The notes under the pieces are model-generated. The model did no database searches. It saw only the letters and a program-made list of their open reading frames with translations, and was not told the DNA's origin. A program made the position numbers and the translations under genes. DNA of 42,594 nt, taken from NCBI GenBank assembly GCA_049318845.1, contig JBMOFH010000003.1, forward strand, positions 1-42,594, read 5' to 3'. Within the stretch, counting starts at the first letter, position 1; each line of letters opens with the position of its first letter. The stretch comes from Blastocatellia bacterium. Its GTDB lineage: Bacteria > Acidobacteriota > Blastocatellia > RBC074. Positions 12,343 to 23,675 of this stretch are shown piece after piece.

Positions 12343-13299
12343 ATGCAAAAACGATCTCTCACCTGGATATTGATCATTGGCCTGGTTCTCTTTGGTCTCT
12401 TCGTCGTCAGCCTCTTCTCGTTTATGGCGTTGATGTCAGACGATGAATCGATGGCGAGCTTTTCTGGTGGCGGAGACAGGATTGCGATGATCCCGATCGA
12501 GGGGGTAATCGATGATGATATGGCCAAGGTCGTCAACCGCCACCTCAAGCAATATGGTGAGGATTCGCGAATCAAGGCGATCATTCTTCGCGTCGAAAGT
12601 CCTGGCGGTGGCGTTGCAGCCTCGCAGGAGATCTATACCGAAGTCCGGCGCCTGAAACAGGAGAAGAAGAAGAAGATTGTCGTCTCAATGGGCTCAGTTG
12701 CAGCCTCCGGTGGCTACTATCTCGCCGCCCCGGCCGATATCATCTTTGCTAATCCCGGCAGTGTCACCGGAAGTATCGGTGTCATTGCCGAGTGGATCAA
12801 TTACAAAGATCTTGCCGAATGGGCAAAGTTGAAGCCGGTTGTCTTCAAGAGTGGCGAATTCAAGGATACGGGATCGCCAACACGCGACCTGACAGAGCGT
12901 GAACGAGTATTTTTTCAGTCAATGATCGATGAGCTGTACGGTCAGTTCCTTCGCGCCATTCTCGAAGGCCGAACAGGACGTGGTACCACCGGTAACGAGA
13001 TAAACGAGGAACGGCTGCGTGCACTTGCCGATGGCCGTGTCTACACTGGTGAAACCGCACTTCGCAATGGTTTGATCGATTCGGTTGGTAACTATGAGGA
13101 CGCGCTCAGGAAGACGGCCGAGATGGTTGGTATAAAGGGGAAACCACAGGTGGTCACCCCGGCGAAAGAGCGGAACCAGTTCCCGCTTGTCGACTTGCTG
13201 CTTGGCGTGGCTAAAATAAGTAATTTTTCGCCCAGTCAGCTTCCAAAGAGTCTGAGCGAGGTTGATACATCGATAAAATTCAAGTATCAATGGAGATAA
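12343..13299 (+). CDS. sppA: Signal peptide peptidase SppA (S49, 36K type)
   Basis: N-terminal TM helix; SPGGGV, VVSMGSVAASGGYY, GSIGV, KSGEFKD, ADGRVYTG. Confidence 0.95.
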   Translation: MQKRSLTWILIIGLVLFGLFVVSLFSFMALMSDDESMASFSGGGDRIAMIPIEGVIDDDMAKVVNRHLKQYGEDSRIKAIILRVESPGGGVAASQEIYTEVRRLKQEKKKKIVVSMGSVAASGGYYLAAPADIIFANPGSVTGSIGVIAEWINYKDLAEWAKLKPVVFKSGEFKDTGSPTRDLTERERVFFQSMIDELYGQFLRAILEGRTGRGTTGNEINEERLRALADGRVYTGETALRNGLIDSVGNYEDALRKTAEMVGIKGKPQVVTPAKERNQFPLVDLLLGVAKISNFSPSQLPKSLSEVDTSIKFKYQWR

Positions 13300-13465
13300 G
13301 TTTTGGCCTTAGTGGCCATCGGTCGACCATTGGCCGGCCATCTGCCGGCCGGGTGGCACCTGAATTAAATCTGTATGAGCATAGCCCGGGATTTAGTTCG
13401 AATCTTCCGGAGTCTATAAAACATATTCGTCTGGCCTGATCACTTCACCGCGCGACGGAGGAACG

Positions 13466-13774
13466 ATGACAAAAGCAGAATTGGTTGACGAGGTCGCTCT
13501 TGCCGCAGGGCTGACCAAGAAGGATTCGGAAGTCATTGTCGATGAAGTCTTCAAGAATATCATCCAGGCGTTGAATCGTGGCGAGAAGATCGAGCTGAGA
13601 GGCTTCGGATCGTTTCGAGTTCGGCAGCGGGATGCGCGGCGGGGGAGAAATCCGAAGACAGGTGCCCCGGTCGATATCCCCGCCAAGCGGGTTCCATTCT
13701 TCAAGCCGGGCAAGGAATTGAAGGAGCTGATCAATCCAGACGAGGTTGACGCCGATTCCCCTGAAGCCTCTTAA
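13466..13774 (+). CDS. ihfB: Integration host factor subunit beta (HU/IHF family)
   Basis: MTKAELV...IELRGFGSF...GRNPKTG...FKPGKELKE; follows rpsA-sppA, the usual position of ihfB; GGAGG SD. Confidence 0.85.
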   Translation: MTKAELVDEVALAAGLTKKDSEVIVDEVFKNIIQALNRGEKIELRGFGSFRVRQRDARRGRNPKTGAPVDIPAKRVPFFKPGKELKELINPDEVDADSPEAS

Positions 13775-13824
13775 GCCAATAACGCTAATAAGCTTAATAC
13801 CGGCAAGCCGGCAAACATTGAAGA

Positions 13825-13875
13825 CCATCAGAATTTAGCTGCAACGTCTATTGATTGCAATTAAAATTCTGGTGG
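13825..13875. terminator. Inverted repeat between convergent ihfB and BNR-repeat genes
   Basis: CCATCAGAATTT..TGCAA...TTGCA..AAATTCTGGTGG. Confidence 0.45.
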
Positions 13876-13927
13876 ACTTTCTCTTTTCCCGGATCACGCC
13901 GGACCGTTTATTGAGCTGTGAAGAGGT

Positions 13928-16228
13928 CTATTCTCCGTTTCGGCTCAGAACATAGACTCCACCAGAGAGAGTTCCAAGATAAATGCGATGTGGATCGAAT
14001 GGATCGATCGTCAGTGCGCGAAAGAGTGAGCTTGGCAGGCGGCTGGTATCGACTCTTTCCCAGTTTTGGCCACGGTCGCGTGAATGGTAGATTGTTGAGC
14101 GAAGGTCGTCGGCAAGCCAGACTTCATCCGGATTGAGTTCGTTGATGCGAACGACACTGGCATCTGTGTGGAGAGGCATGCCGCCGCCACGCTGCTCCCA
14201 GGTTGCGCCGCCGTCGAGCGAGCGGAAGAGGCCGGAGGAGGTGCCGGCATAGATTGTCTGCGCCGTGCGTGGGTCAAAGACGATGCTTCTGACGCGTTGG
14301 CGCTCGTCATTGAGATGTTGTCGGCGAAAGTTTCGGCCGTTGTCGTTTGAGACGTAGAGGCCATCTTCAGCGCCGATCAGGATCGTTCCCGGAGCCTGAT
14401 GGCTGGTAGCGATCGTCCTGACGTGAGGATCCCAACGGCCGGATGGCCCGTTGATGGTTATTCTTCGCCAGCCAGTCGATTCGTCTTCGGTCAGGTAGAG
14501 TCCATCCCAGGTCGAGACGATCAGCCACTGGCGAACGAGCGGAGGCGCGGGGTTGAGCAGTTCACGTCGTGGGGTAAATGAGTGAATCGAGAAGACCTGA
14601 TTGCGGAGGTCGATTCGCTCCGGTGGTTTTGGGCCAGAAGCTGGAGAAGTTGCAGCAGTTGCAGAAGGACCAGAACCTTTTGAACCTGCCGGGACGGGGG
14701 CGGCTTTTTGGCCGATTTTCACCGTCTTTATTACTAGTGGAGTTTTGGCAGGCGGAGATTTTTGAGGAGACGGTGGTTCGACAACCGGCCGGCGGACCGG
14801 TCTCCAGCTCTCCCCGCGATCGTTGGAACGATAGATGCCAGCATTTGTTCCCGCGTATACTATCCCGGTTTCAAATGGTGACTGGTAGAGGGAATAGACA
14901 TCACGATTACCCATGCCGGTTGTCGATTGTCGCCAGGTCATTCCACCGTCATCGCTGATGAAGATGCCACTCGACTCACCGTCGAAGAGTATTCCGGCAT
15001 AGATTCGTCCGCGTTCACCAAGATCGGCAAGAACCGCACCGACCTGGCGGTTGATGAATCCCTCGTTGGCTGGCTGCCAGGTCTCTCCACCATCCTGGCT
15101 GATCAATACTCCACCATCTTCCGTTCCGATGAAGACTCTGTCCGGCCGTTTTGGATGGATGGCGACGCTATTGATCAGCAGATGCTCTGAGGTGACGCGA
15201 CGCCAGCTCTCCGCCATACCATAAAATTTCGAGATCCAGAGCCCTTCGGTCGTGGCGGCAAAGATGACCTCCGGCCGCGTCGGATGGCGATAGATGCTCT
15301 GCGTGCGGCGACTCTCAGTTGGGATCCCCTGAAACTTTGTCCATGTCGCGCTTCCATCAAATGAACGGTAGATTCCGCTGCACGCACTGATCATTACGGT
15401 ATCAGGATTTACTTCATCGATCAGGATGGAGAAGATGTCGGAATCGTCAAGCATCCCCGTCTCTTTTGAGCCGGCGAGCTTCCAGGACGATCCGTCGTCG
15501 AGAGTCTTCCAGGGAAGGTGACTGGTTCCGACGTAGATGATTTCAGGAGAGCGTGGATCGATGGCAATCGAATGAAAACCGCGCATCTCGGGGTGGTTTT
15601 GGGGGCTGATCAGGTTCCAGCTCCGACCAAGGTCACGAGTACGGTAGACACCATCGAGGGCCGCAACGGCCAGGATACGCGGGTCACTGGCTGACTGTGC
15701 CACTCCACGTATCGGCTTGCCGGCCAGTCCGTCGAATTGGCGCCAGCTCAGGCCGTCGTCTTCGCTGACATAGAGGCCACCGCCACGATCGCGCTCGTTG
15801 AGCGCGGTGATCGATTTGAGGCTGGCATAGATTTTGCGGGGAGCTTGTCGATCGAAGAGGATCGCCGTCACAGTCTGGCCGGCTGCACCGGGTCCAGGTT
15901 GCAGGTTCTGCCAGATCCGCCCACCATCGAGCGACTGGTAGAGTTGCCCGTCGCTCGTGCCGGTCAGGAGACGATCGGCGTTGCGTGGATCGATGACCAG
16001 CACGGTGACATCGCCGCCGAATGGCCCGGTCAACTGCCAGAGACGCTCCCTGTCGTTTCGGATGGTCGCAATTGAGGTGGTGCGGCTTCCGGTACCCGGT
16101 GCGCCGGTACCAGGTCCGACGATCGCCGGTGCGCGCCGCGTTCCATTCTCCGTGCCGGTCGTCGCCTGTGCGAATACGGACAGGCTCACCACGTAGACGA
16201 GAAATAAAAAAATAATAAGATTGCGCAT
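13928..16228 (-). CDS. Secreted BNR/Asp-box (YCF48/VPS10-like) beta-propeller protein
   Basis: Signal peptide MRNLIIFLFLVYVVSLSVFA; about 11 Asp-boxes (SLDGGRIW, SEDDGLSW, SQDGGETW, SDDGGMTW, SLDGGATW...); Pro/Ser/Ala-rich insert. Confidence 0.85.
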   Translation of the reverse strand: MRNLIIFLFLVYVVSLSVFAQATTGTENGTRRAPAIVGPGTGAPGTGSRTTSIATIRNDRERLWQLTGPFGGDVTVLVIDPRNADRLLTGTSDGQLYQSLDGGRIWQNLQPGPGAAGQTVTAILFDRQAPRKIYASLKSITALNERDRGGGLYVSEDDGLSWRQFDGLAGKPIRGVAQSASDPRILAVAALDGVYRTRDLGRSWNLISPQNHPEMRGFHSIAIDPRSPEIIYVGTSHLPWKTLDDGSSWKLAGSKETGMLDDSDIFSILIDEVNPDTVMISACSGIYRSFDGSATWTKFQGIPTESRRTQSIYRHPTRPEVIFAATTEGLWISKFYGMAESWRRVTSEHLLINSVAIHPKRPDRVFIGTEDGGVLISQDGGETWQPANEGFINRQVGAVLADLGERGRIYAGILFDGESSGIFISDDGGMTWRQSTTGMGNRDVYSLYQSPFETGIVYAGTNAGIYRSNDRGESWRPVRRPVVEPPSPQKSPPAKTPLVIKTVKIGQKAAPVPAGSKGSGPSATAATSPASGPKPPERIDLRNQVFSIHSFTPRRELLNPAPPLVRQWLIVSTWDGLYLTEDESTGWRRITINGPSGRWDPHVRTIATSHQAPGTILIGAEDGLYVSNDNGRNFRRQHLNDERQRVRSIVFDPRTAQTIYAGTSSGLFRSLDGGATWEQRGGGMPLHTDASVVRINELNPDEVWLADDLRSTIYHSRDRGQNWERVDTSRLPSSLFRALTIDPFDPHRIYLGTLSGGVYVLSRNGE

Positions 16229-16357
16229 TGCTGAATACTGTAACATCGATAGTACCTTCCGGCGCCACTCCCTGTGGAATCTCGCAGGGCAGTCAGACGG
16301 CAGGTGACGATTGTAAATCAGGCCGTGATGATTGAAAATGAAAAAGTTTGGCGGCGG

Positions 16358-16393
16358 CTGGCATTCGGCAGGACTGGCATTGGCAGGACTGGA
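16358..16393 (+). repeat. 15-16 bp direct repeat in the divergent intergenic region
   Basis: CTGGCATTCGGCAGGA CTGGCATTGGCAGGA CTGGA. Confidence 0.6.
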
Positions 16394-16431
16394 TAACCGC
16401 CGTCAGGTGTGGGAATAATTGAACCGGTGAA

Positions 16432-17508
16432 ATGCGCGCTATGAAATTTGTGAAGATCCCGATCCGCTCCCTGGTCCTTGCTTTAATGCTTGCTTTGCCG
16501 ATTCCAGCCGAGGTGCTGGGGCAGGCGACACGGCTCCCGGATCACGCGGTTACCCTCTCGGAACTCAACCTTCTGTTGCGTCGCTCGGTCGGTCGTGATC
16601 TGACAGAGGCTGTTCTGGCGGTCCATCTCGAAAAGGTCGGGATCGATTTTGACCCTACCCCGGAAGTCGTCAAGCGGCTTCGTGCCAACGGCGCACACCA
16701 GAATCTGATCAATACCATCAGGCGACAGGCCGATAAATTGCTGCAGGCTGGCGGGAAGGTCGTCAGCATCGGGCCTGCACCAGCCGACAGCTTTATCGAG
16801 GAGACTCGACGCGCCGTCCGCGACTACCTTGACGAACTCCCGGACTTCATCTGCAACCAGGTCGTCGAACGATACTACGATTTCGAATCGCGTGGCGCCT
16901 GGGACAAGGCCGATACACTGACGTACGAATTGACCTACAATCGTAAGCGCGAATCCTATCGCCCGATCAACGCCATGGGCCGCCCGGTGACCAAGCCGCT
17001 CGAGCAGGCTGGGGGCGCGTACTCGACCGGTGACTTCGCCTCCGGTCTCGCCTCGCTCTTCGATGTCGAGACGAAGACAGTCTTCAAGCCGGCGGGTAAG
17101 GATCGGCTCGGCAGCCGTGCAACAGTCCTTTATGACTTCACCGTTGAACAGGCCAACTCAAAGCTTTCTGTCACCGCCGAGGGCGAAAGATCGTTGATCG
17201 TCGGCTACAGTGGAACAATCTGGATCGATGAGGAGTCGAAGAGGGTTCTGCGGATCGATCAGGCCGTCAATGATCTTCCGGCCGGCTATCCGGTTACCAA
17301 TTCGGAGAGCTCGGTCGATTATGACATTCTCAAACTGCGTGGAATCGATGTCGATTTCCTCCTCCCGATTCGCGCCGAGTTTATCATCGCCGATCGTCGC
17401 CAGAGGAAGTACTTCCGCAATCTGCTCTACTTCAAGTTTTATCGGAAGTTCGAGACCGATATTAAAATTACAGATGAGGTTCCACCGGAGAAGCCTGGTC
17501 TCGAGTAG
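16432..17508 (+). CDS. Secreted hypothetical protein (Acidobacteria-type)
   Basis: Signal peptide; small helical N-terminal module ([19 protein letters not shown]); beta-rich C-terminal region with LPDFIC and GTIWID motifs; genome-like codon usage. Confidence 0.75.
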   Translation: MRAMKFVKIPIRSLVLALMLALPIPAEVLGQATRLPDHAVTLSELNLLLRRSVGRDLTEAVLAVHLEKVGIDFDPTPEVVKRLRANGAHQNLINTIRRQADKLLQAGGKVVSIGPAPADSFIEETRRAVRDYLDELPDFICNQVVERYYDFESRGAWDKADTLTYELTYNRKRESYRPINAMGRPVTKPLEQAGGAYSTGDFASGLASLFDVETKTVFKPAGKDRLGSRATVLYDFTVEQANSKLSVTAEGERSLIVGYSGTIWIDEESKRVLRIDQAVNDLPAGYPVTNSESSVDYDILKLRGIDVDFLLPIRAEFIIADRRQRKYFRNLLYFKFYRKFETDIKITDEVPPEKPGLE

Positions 17509-17515
17509 CTGACCG

Positions 17516-18385
17516 TTACCGGGGAGAGGCTTTCAGTCGAAGGACGAAAGTTCTTTGGATGCCCTGTAGATCGTTCAGGAAACGCAGCTCCCAGCGTTCA
17601 GGATCAGTCAGGGTGCGGATGGCTTCGGCCTGACCGTAACCGATTTCGCAGATCAGATAGCCGCCGGGCAGCAGATGGCGCGGGGCGTCCGCGAGCAGTC
17701 GACGGTAGAAGCCAAGCCCGTCACCGTGATCGGTAAGGGCCGTTTGTGGCTCCCAGTCACGGACTTCGCGTTGAAGGCCGTGCATCTCCGCCGCGGAAAT
17801 ATAGGGTGGGTTTGAGACTATGACGTGTGATCGGCCGGTGAGTGGATCGAGCAGATCACCCTCGACAAAGCTGATCCGGTCGGTAAGCCCATTCCGGCTG
17901 GCGTTTCGTCGTGCGACCTCGAGTGCCTCGCCGGAGATGTCGATCGCGATGATTTCTGCTTCCGGAATCTCGCGGGCAATGGCAATGGCAAGGCAGCCCG
18001 ATCCGGTTCCGACGTCGACGATCAACGGACATGGCCATTCCTCATCGCTTACAAGGCGAATAACCTCTTCGACAATCAGTTCGCTCTCCGGTCGCGGGAT
18101 CAGCACTGCCGGAGTCACTTCGAAATCGAGGCCAAAAAACTCCTGGCGACCGGTGATGTATTGGAGTGGTTCACCGGCGGCACGCCGCTCGATCAATGAC
18201 TCATAACCCTTGCGAACGTCTTCACTGATCGGCTCACGATAATTGACGATCAGCCATATCCGGTCCCTGCCGAGGGCGAAAGCGAGCAGCGTCTGGGCAT
18301 CGAGCAGGTCGTTGGAGACAGACTCCAGCCTGAGTCGCGTCGAAGCGGCTTTCAGTATCTCTGCGATCGTGGTTGAATCTGGCAT
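17516..18385 (-). CDS. prmC: Peptide chain release factor N5-glutamine methyltransferase
   Basis: [30 protein letters not shown]; directly downstream of prfA. Confidence 0.97.
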   Translation of the reverse strand: MPDSTTIAEILKAASTRLRLESVSNDLLDAQTLLAFALGRDRIWLIVNYREPISEDVRKGYESLIERRAAGEPLQYITGRQEFFGLDFEVTPAVLIPRPESELIVEEVIRLVSDEEWPCPLIVDVGTGSGCLAIAIAREIPEAEIIAIDISGEALEVARRNASRNGLTDRISFVEGDLLDPLTGRSHVIVSNPPYISAAEMHGLQREVRDWEPQTALTDHGDGLGFYRRLLADAPRHLLPGGYLICEIGYGQAEAIRTLTDPERWELRFLNDLQGIQRTFVLRLKASPR

Positions 18386-18388
18386 TCG

Positions 18389-19477
18389 TCAGGCGAAGGC
18401 GACCTGTCGCTCGGTCTCGCGGTTCAGTTTCTCTGCCTGGTAATGGGTGACGACGGCGTCGACAATATCGCCAAGATCGCCCTCCATGATCAGGTCAAGT
18501 TTGTGGAGAGTCAGGCCGATCCGGTGATCTGTGACGCGATTATCCTTGAAATTGTAGGTGCGGATCTTCTCGGAACGGTCACCTGAGCCAACCTGTGACC
18601 GCCGCTCGGCCGATATCGCATCCTGCTGCTTCTGCATCTCCAGCTCGAGCAGTCGCGAGCGGAGAATTCGCATCGCCTTTTCACGGTTCTTGATCTGGGA
18701 TTTCTCATCCTGCATCGAGACGACAAGGCCGGTAGGCAGGTGTGTCAGCCGAACTGCCGAGTAGGTGGTGTTGACAGACTGGCCGCCGGGACCCGACGAA
18801 CAGAAGGTGTCGATGCGCAGATCCTTCGCTTCGATCTTCACGTCGACCTCTTCGGCCTCCGGCAGTACCGCGACAGTGATCGCAGAGGTGTGGATGCGGC
18901 CGCTTGTCTCAGTCTGCGGGACACGCTGGACGCGGTGCACCCCGGACTCGTATTTCAGCTTCGAGAAGACGCGTGTTCCCTCAATGATCGCTTCACCCTT
19001 CTGAATGCCACCGAGTCCGGTCTCGGAGATATCAGCGACCTGGAATCTCCAGCCCTGCTGCTCTGCGTATCGCTGGTACATCCGCAGTACCTCGGCCGCG
19101 AAGAGGCAGGCCTCCTCGCCTCCGGTTCCGGCGCGGACTTCGAGAATGACGTTCTTCTCATCGTTCGGATCCTTCGGCAGCAGCAGCACCTTCAAGTCCT
19201 CTTCACACTTGCGGAGCATCTGCTCCAACTCAGGCAATTCTGCCTCCGCCAGCTCCCGCATCTCTGGATCGTCATTTTCGCGCATCAATTCACGGGCGCC
19301 TGCGATGTCACGGTCGAGCTTCTTCATCTCGCGGAACTTCGCGACGATCGCTTCCAGCTCGCGGTGCTGACGCGCAATTTTAGTGTAGCGAGTCTGGTCA
19401 CTGATCACCGTCGGGTCGGACATCTGTGAGGTCAATTCTTCGTAAGTCTTTTCGATCGCTTCCAGTTTTTCAAACAT
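18389..19477 (-). CDS. prfA: Peptide chain release factor 1
   Basis: PxT specificity motif (RVPQTE), [19 protein letters not shown]. Confidence 0.98.
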   Translation of the reverse strand: MFEKLEAIEKTYEELTSQMSDPTVISDQTRYTKIARQHRELEAIVAKFREMKKLDRDIAGARELMRENDDPEMRELAEAELPELEQMLRKCEEDLKVLLLPKDPNDEKNVILEVRAGTGGEEACLFAAEVLRMYQRYAEQQGWRFQVADISETGLGGIQKGEAIIEGTRVFSKLKYESGVHRVQRVPQTETSGRIHTSAITVAVLPEAEEVDVKIEAKDLRIDTFCSSGPGGQSVNTTYSAVRLTHLPTGLVVSMQDEKSQIKNREKAMRILRSRLLELEMQKQQDAISAERRSQVGSGDRSEKIRTYNFKDNRVTDHRIGLTLHKLDLIMEGDLGDIVDAVVTHYQAEKLNRETERQVAFA

Positions 19478-19574
19478 AATCGATCCAGTTATCTTGAGGC
19501 CATATTCAATATAAAATTGCTCGGGATAAAACCACCGGGGTCAAAACTCTGGGGCAAATACCCGATCAATCGGC

Positions 19575-20609
<1,035 letters not shown>

Positions 20610-20905
20610 CGAACCTCCTCAAATCCCGATCAATTATGAATGTATGCCGATCTGGCGATGATTCCAAAAGACGAAAGCCACAATGCCTCCGGGGTGGGGT
20701 GACTAAGATCCATGACTCAGAATTGACTCAGGCATGAACTATTGTCGTGGCCCGCCCCGTGGCTTTGTGGCTCCGGTTTCGAATATCTATAGATGTCCGC
20801 ACACAAAGACCGGCCCAACGCAGGCACAGAAGCACCGAACACACGGCCCGCAATGGAACCGTGTCCTGACAGTCAGATGGGTCAAGGTGTGCATTATCTC
20901 TCCGA

Positions 20906-21124
20906 TCAGCCAGCCGTTTCGATCGGCTTCCGGCCGTACTTACGCTGGAAACGCTCGACTCGTCCGGCGGTATCGATAAGTTTCTGCTTTCCGGTGAAGA
21001 AGGGATGGCAGCTCGAACAGATTTCGACCTGGATCTCCTTCTTGGTCGAGCGGGTCGTCCACTGGGCGCCGCACGCGCAGGAGACCTGGCACTCATTGTA
21101 GTTCGGATGGATATTGTCTTTCAC
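20906..21124 (-). CDS. rpmE: 50S ribosomal protein L31 (Zn-binding, CxC...CxxC type)
   Basis: [38 protein letters not shown]; AAGGAG SD and GTG start. Confidence 0.98.
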   Translation of the reverse strand: MKDNIHPNYNECQVSCACGAQWTTRSTKKEIQVEICSSCHPFFTGKQKLIDTAGRVERFQRKYGRKPIETAG

Positions 21125-21235
21125 GGTCGATTCTCCTTTTGTTCACGACTCCGAAAGCGATACCGACTGCTGACAGCCGACCGAGCCTTCCGAGCGTGGA
21201 CTATTACACTATTTTAGTACACGCATCAAACCCAC

Positions 21236-21265
21236 AGGGTAGCCGAATGTTTCGGGAAATGTCAA
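21236..21265 (-). promoter_or_regulatory. Putative sigma70 promoter of rpmE
   Basis: Minus strand TTGACA-18 bp-TACCCT. Confidence 0.4.
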
Positions 21266-21315
21266 GTATCGACCAGCTCTCTGTCTACATCTCATGATTC
21301 AGCCACCTTCGATTC

Positions 21316-23436
21316 TCATTTTTCAGGCGATGTGGCGCCAGCGTCAATTTCTGCCGCCAGTCCCGTTGCCGCGGCGAGGAGGTCTTCAAAAAATAGGTCG
21401 TGGGCAAATGGTGTGAGGTGCGAATCGTCGCTATAAAGATTCTGCCCGCCGGCAGTGATTCGGCAAAGGTTGCCTCTTCCACAGAGGTATGATTTCAGCG
21501 AGAAGAATCGCGTCAGATTACGGCCGGCGAAATAATCGCGCAGGTGGTCATCGACTTTGTGGTAGAAAGCCGTCTCAAGCTTTTCCGTTGGACCGATCTC
21601 GGCGAGAGTGTTGGCGGAACCCTTCTGAAAGTTGAACCATTGAAGATGAAGAGATTGTACCTGGGTCGTCGTGAGGGTCGGGTTGGCGCCAATCACGAGC
21701 AGTCCGGCCCCGCGCGAATTGACGTTCGCGGCAAGTGAGTCGATCGACTGGTCATAGGCTTCGACCGCCGGCAGGTTGTTGTTGTCGTAGGGAAGATACC
21801 GCGGAAGATAGATGCGAAGCACGAGAATATCGCCCTTCCGCAACGAGCCGATGACTTCATCAAGGAGCAGACGCTCGTCGATCTCGCTGCAGCCAAGATC
21901 GGGATTGTGGCGGATTTCGGCCTGTGACATTGGATAAGGGCAGCCAAAGCCGTAGATCAGCCGAAACTCATACCCGAGCTGGCGTGAGATGGCGGCGATA
22001 TGTTCGGCGGAGATAAGGGCGAAGCTGTCTCCGACAAGGAGGATCTTCTTCGCGCCAGCGGGCGCGTTGACGCAGTTTCGAATGAAGTCGCGATCGACGG
22101 TGGGTTTTGGCTGGTAGTCTTTGCCGCTGAGCAGATGCGGCGTCATATTGCACTGCCGGCGCGCCGCGGCGATCGAGTCGGCAACTCCCGCGTATTGGGG
22201 CGCAGCGAGGATCGCGCTGCCGGTCTGGCGCTCAGTTGCCGGGCTTTCGGCGTTTTCGGTGGTCCCCAGATAGAGCCGATCGGCACGTGGCAGGAGAAGA
22301 ATCAGCAGCAGTATCGCCACCGCAGTCGAGCCGAAGAGTCCGAACGCGATGGTTCTCCCGCGTGAGGCGGCCCATTGACGGTGTCGGAGTGGCTTTTCCA
22401 CGTATTTATGCGAGGCGGCGGCGAGCCCGAAGATCGATAGCGCCTGAAATGGCGCCGACCACCAGTGGATTCCAATCGTCCAGTGGCTGGTCGTCAGGAT
22501 CGTCCAATGCCAAAGGTAGAGGGAGTATGAGATCAGTCCGGTATAGGTTGCGGGACGACTGGTTAGTATTCGATAGAGAGTCGTTCCCCGGCAGATGGTT
22601 CCAATCATCATTGTCGTCAGGAGAACGATGGCCAGCGTCAGCCATTTCGTCTGTCCGAAGGGAAGGAAGAGAATGGTGATCATCGATCCAACAAGTAGTA
22701 GCGGTAGCCATCGGTGGATGCTTCCGGGCAGTTCGGTCGTCACATACCTGCCACGGATGGTGAAGAGCAGGCATCCCGCACCGAGTTCCCAGAAACGCGC
22801 CGGCATCATGAAAAATGCTGCTGGCTGATTGATGTCGCTCAGACGGATGAAGAGCAGCAGCGAGGCGAGCGACATCGCACCGATGACCAATGGAAACATC
22901 ACGCTTCGGCGATGCCCACGCCGGACCAGCAGCCAGAAGATCAGTGGAAAAATAAGATAAAACTGCTCCTCGACCCCGAGCGACTACGTATTAGTAAAGA
23001 TGTTCAGCTTCGACGAGTCTGCAAAATAGAATCGTGCCGCCCGAAAGAGATAGAGATTCGAAAGACCAAACATGGCAGTCAGGCCGGTCTTAATTGTCAC
23101 CGCCGGGGCAGGATTGAAGAGCCGGATCAGAATCGCAGAGATCGCTGCACAGAGCGCCATCGCCGGGACCAGCCTTTTGATGCGTCGTGCATAGAAGCCC
23201 AGTAAAAAATCGCCCAACGTGCCACCAGGCAGTTGATATAACGAGGAAGTGATAACATAACCCGAGACGACAAAGAATATGTCGACTCCAAGGTAGCCGT
23301 TGGGGAGGCTCTTCTCGTTGAAATGATACAAGATGACAGCCAGGACCGCCAATGCTCGCAGACCATCGATATCCGGTCGATATGGGCTTTGATCCCCCGG
23401 AGGGTGGTTCGCCTGAGGTGCTTCGGTGTTGATCAT
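21316..23436 (-). pseudogene. OafA/YrhL-type acyltransferase-3 + SGNH fusion, interrupted by an in-frame TAG at 22984-22986
   Basis: ORFs 22984..23436 and 21316..22902 are in the same frame. Reading through gives ..NIFTNT*SLGVEEQFYLIFP.. (family motif HTWSL.VEEQFY). YRPDIDGLRA, GYLGVDIFFVVSG, RRIKRL, SYSLYLWHW, GDS and DxxH (DDSHL) are present. Confidence 0.85.
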
Positions 23437-23675
23437 TTATTTTGATATTGCAGGTATTTTAAATGGTCAGAGGTCGCCTGGTTTCAGGATGACGGTTGGT
23501 TCGGATTATTTGGAGACCACGGCGCGCGCAATTACAGGCAGTGTAGATGATTTGTGAAAATGAGAGGTTGCCGGCGGATCGGGTGTTGGCAGGAAAAGAA
23601 GCGGCACGATTACGCAGGGAAGCCGCCCCGCCCGCCTGTGGTTTAAAGCCTTGGAGCCCTTGGAGGAGAATTGGA

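Noticed and set aside
20799-20892. tRNA gene
   Set aside because: Cloverleaf-like, but lacks a properly placed T-loop, D-loop GG, 7-nt anticodon loop and CCA end.
22984-22986. Genome-wide TAG recoding or pyrrolysine insertion
   Set aside because: TAG terminates several clear genes here (ftsK, prfB, HlyD, BNR protein), prfA is intact, the position aligns to Trp, and no pyl genes are in the window.
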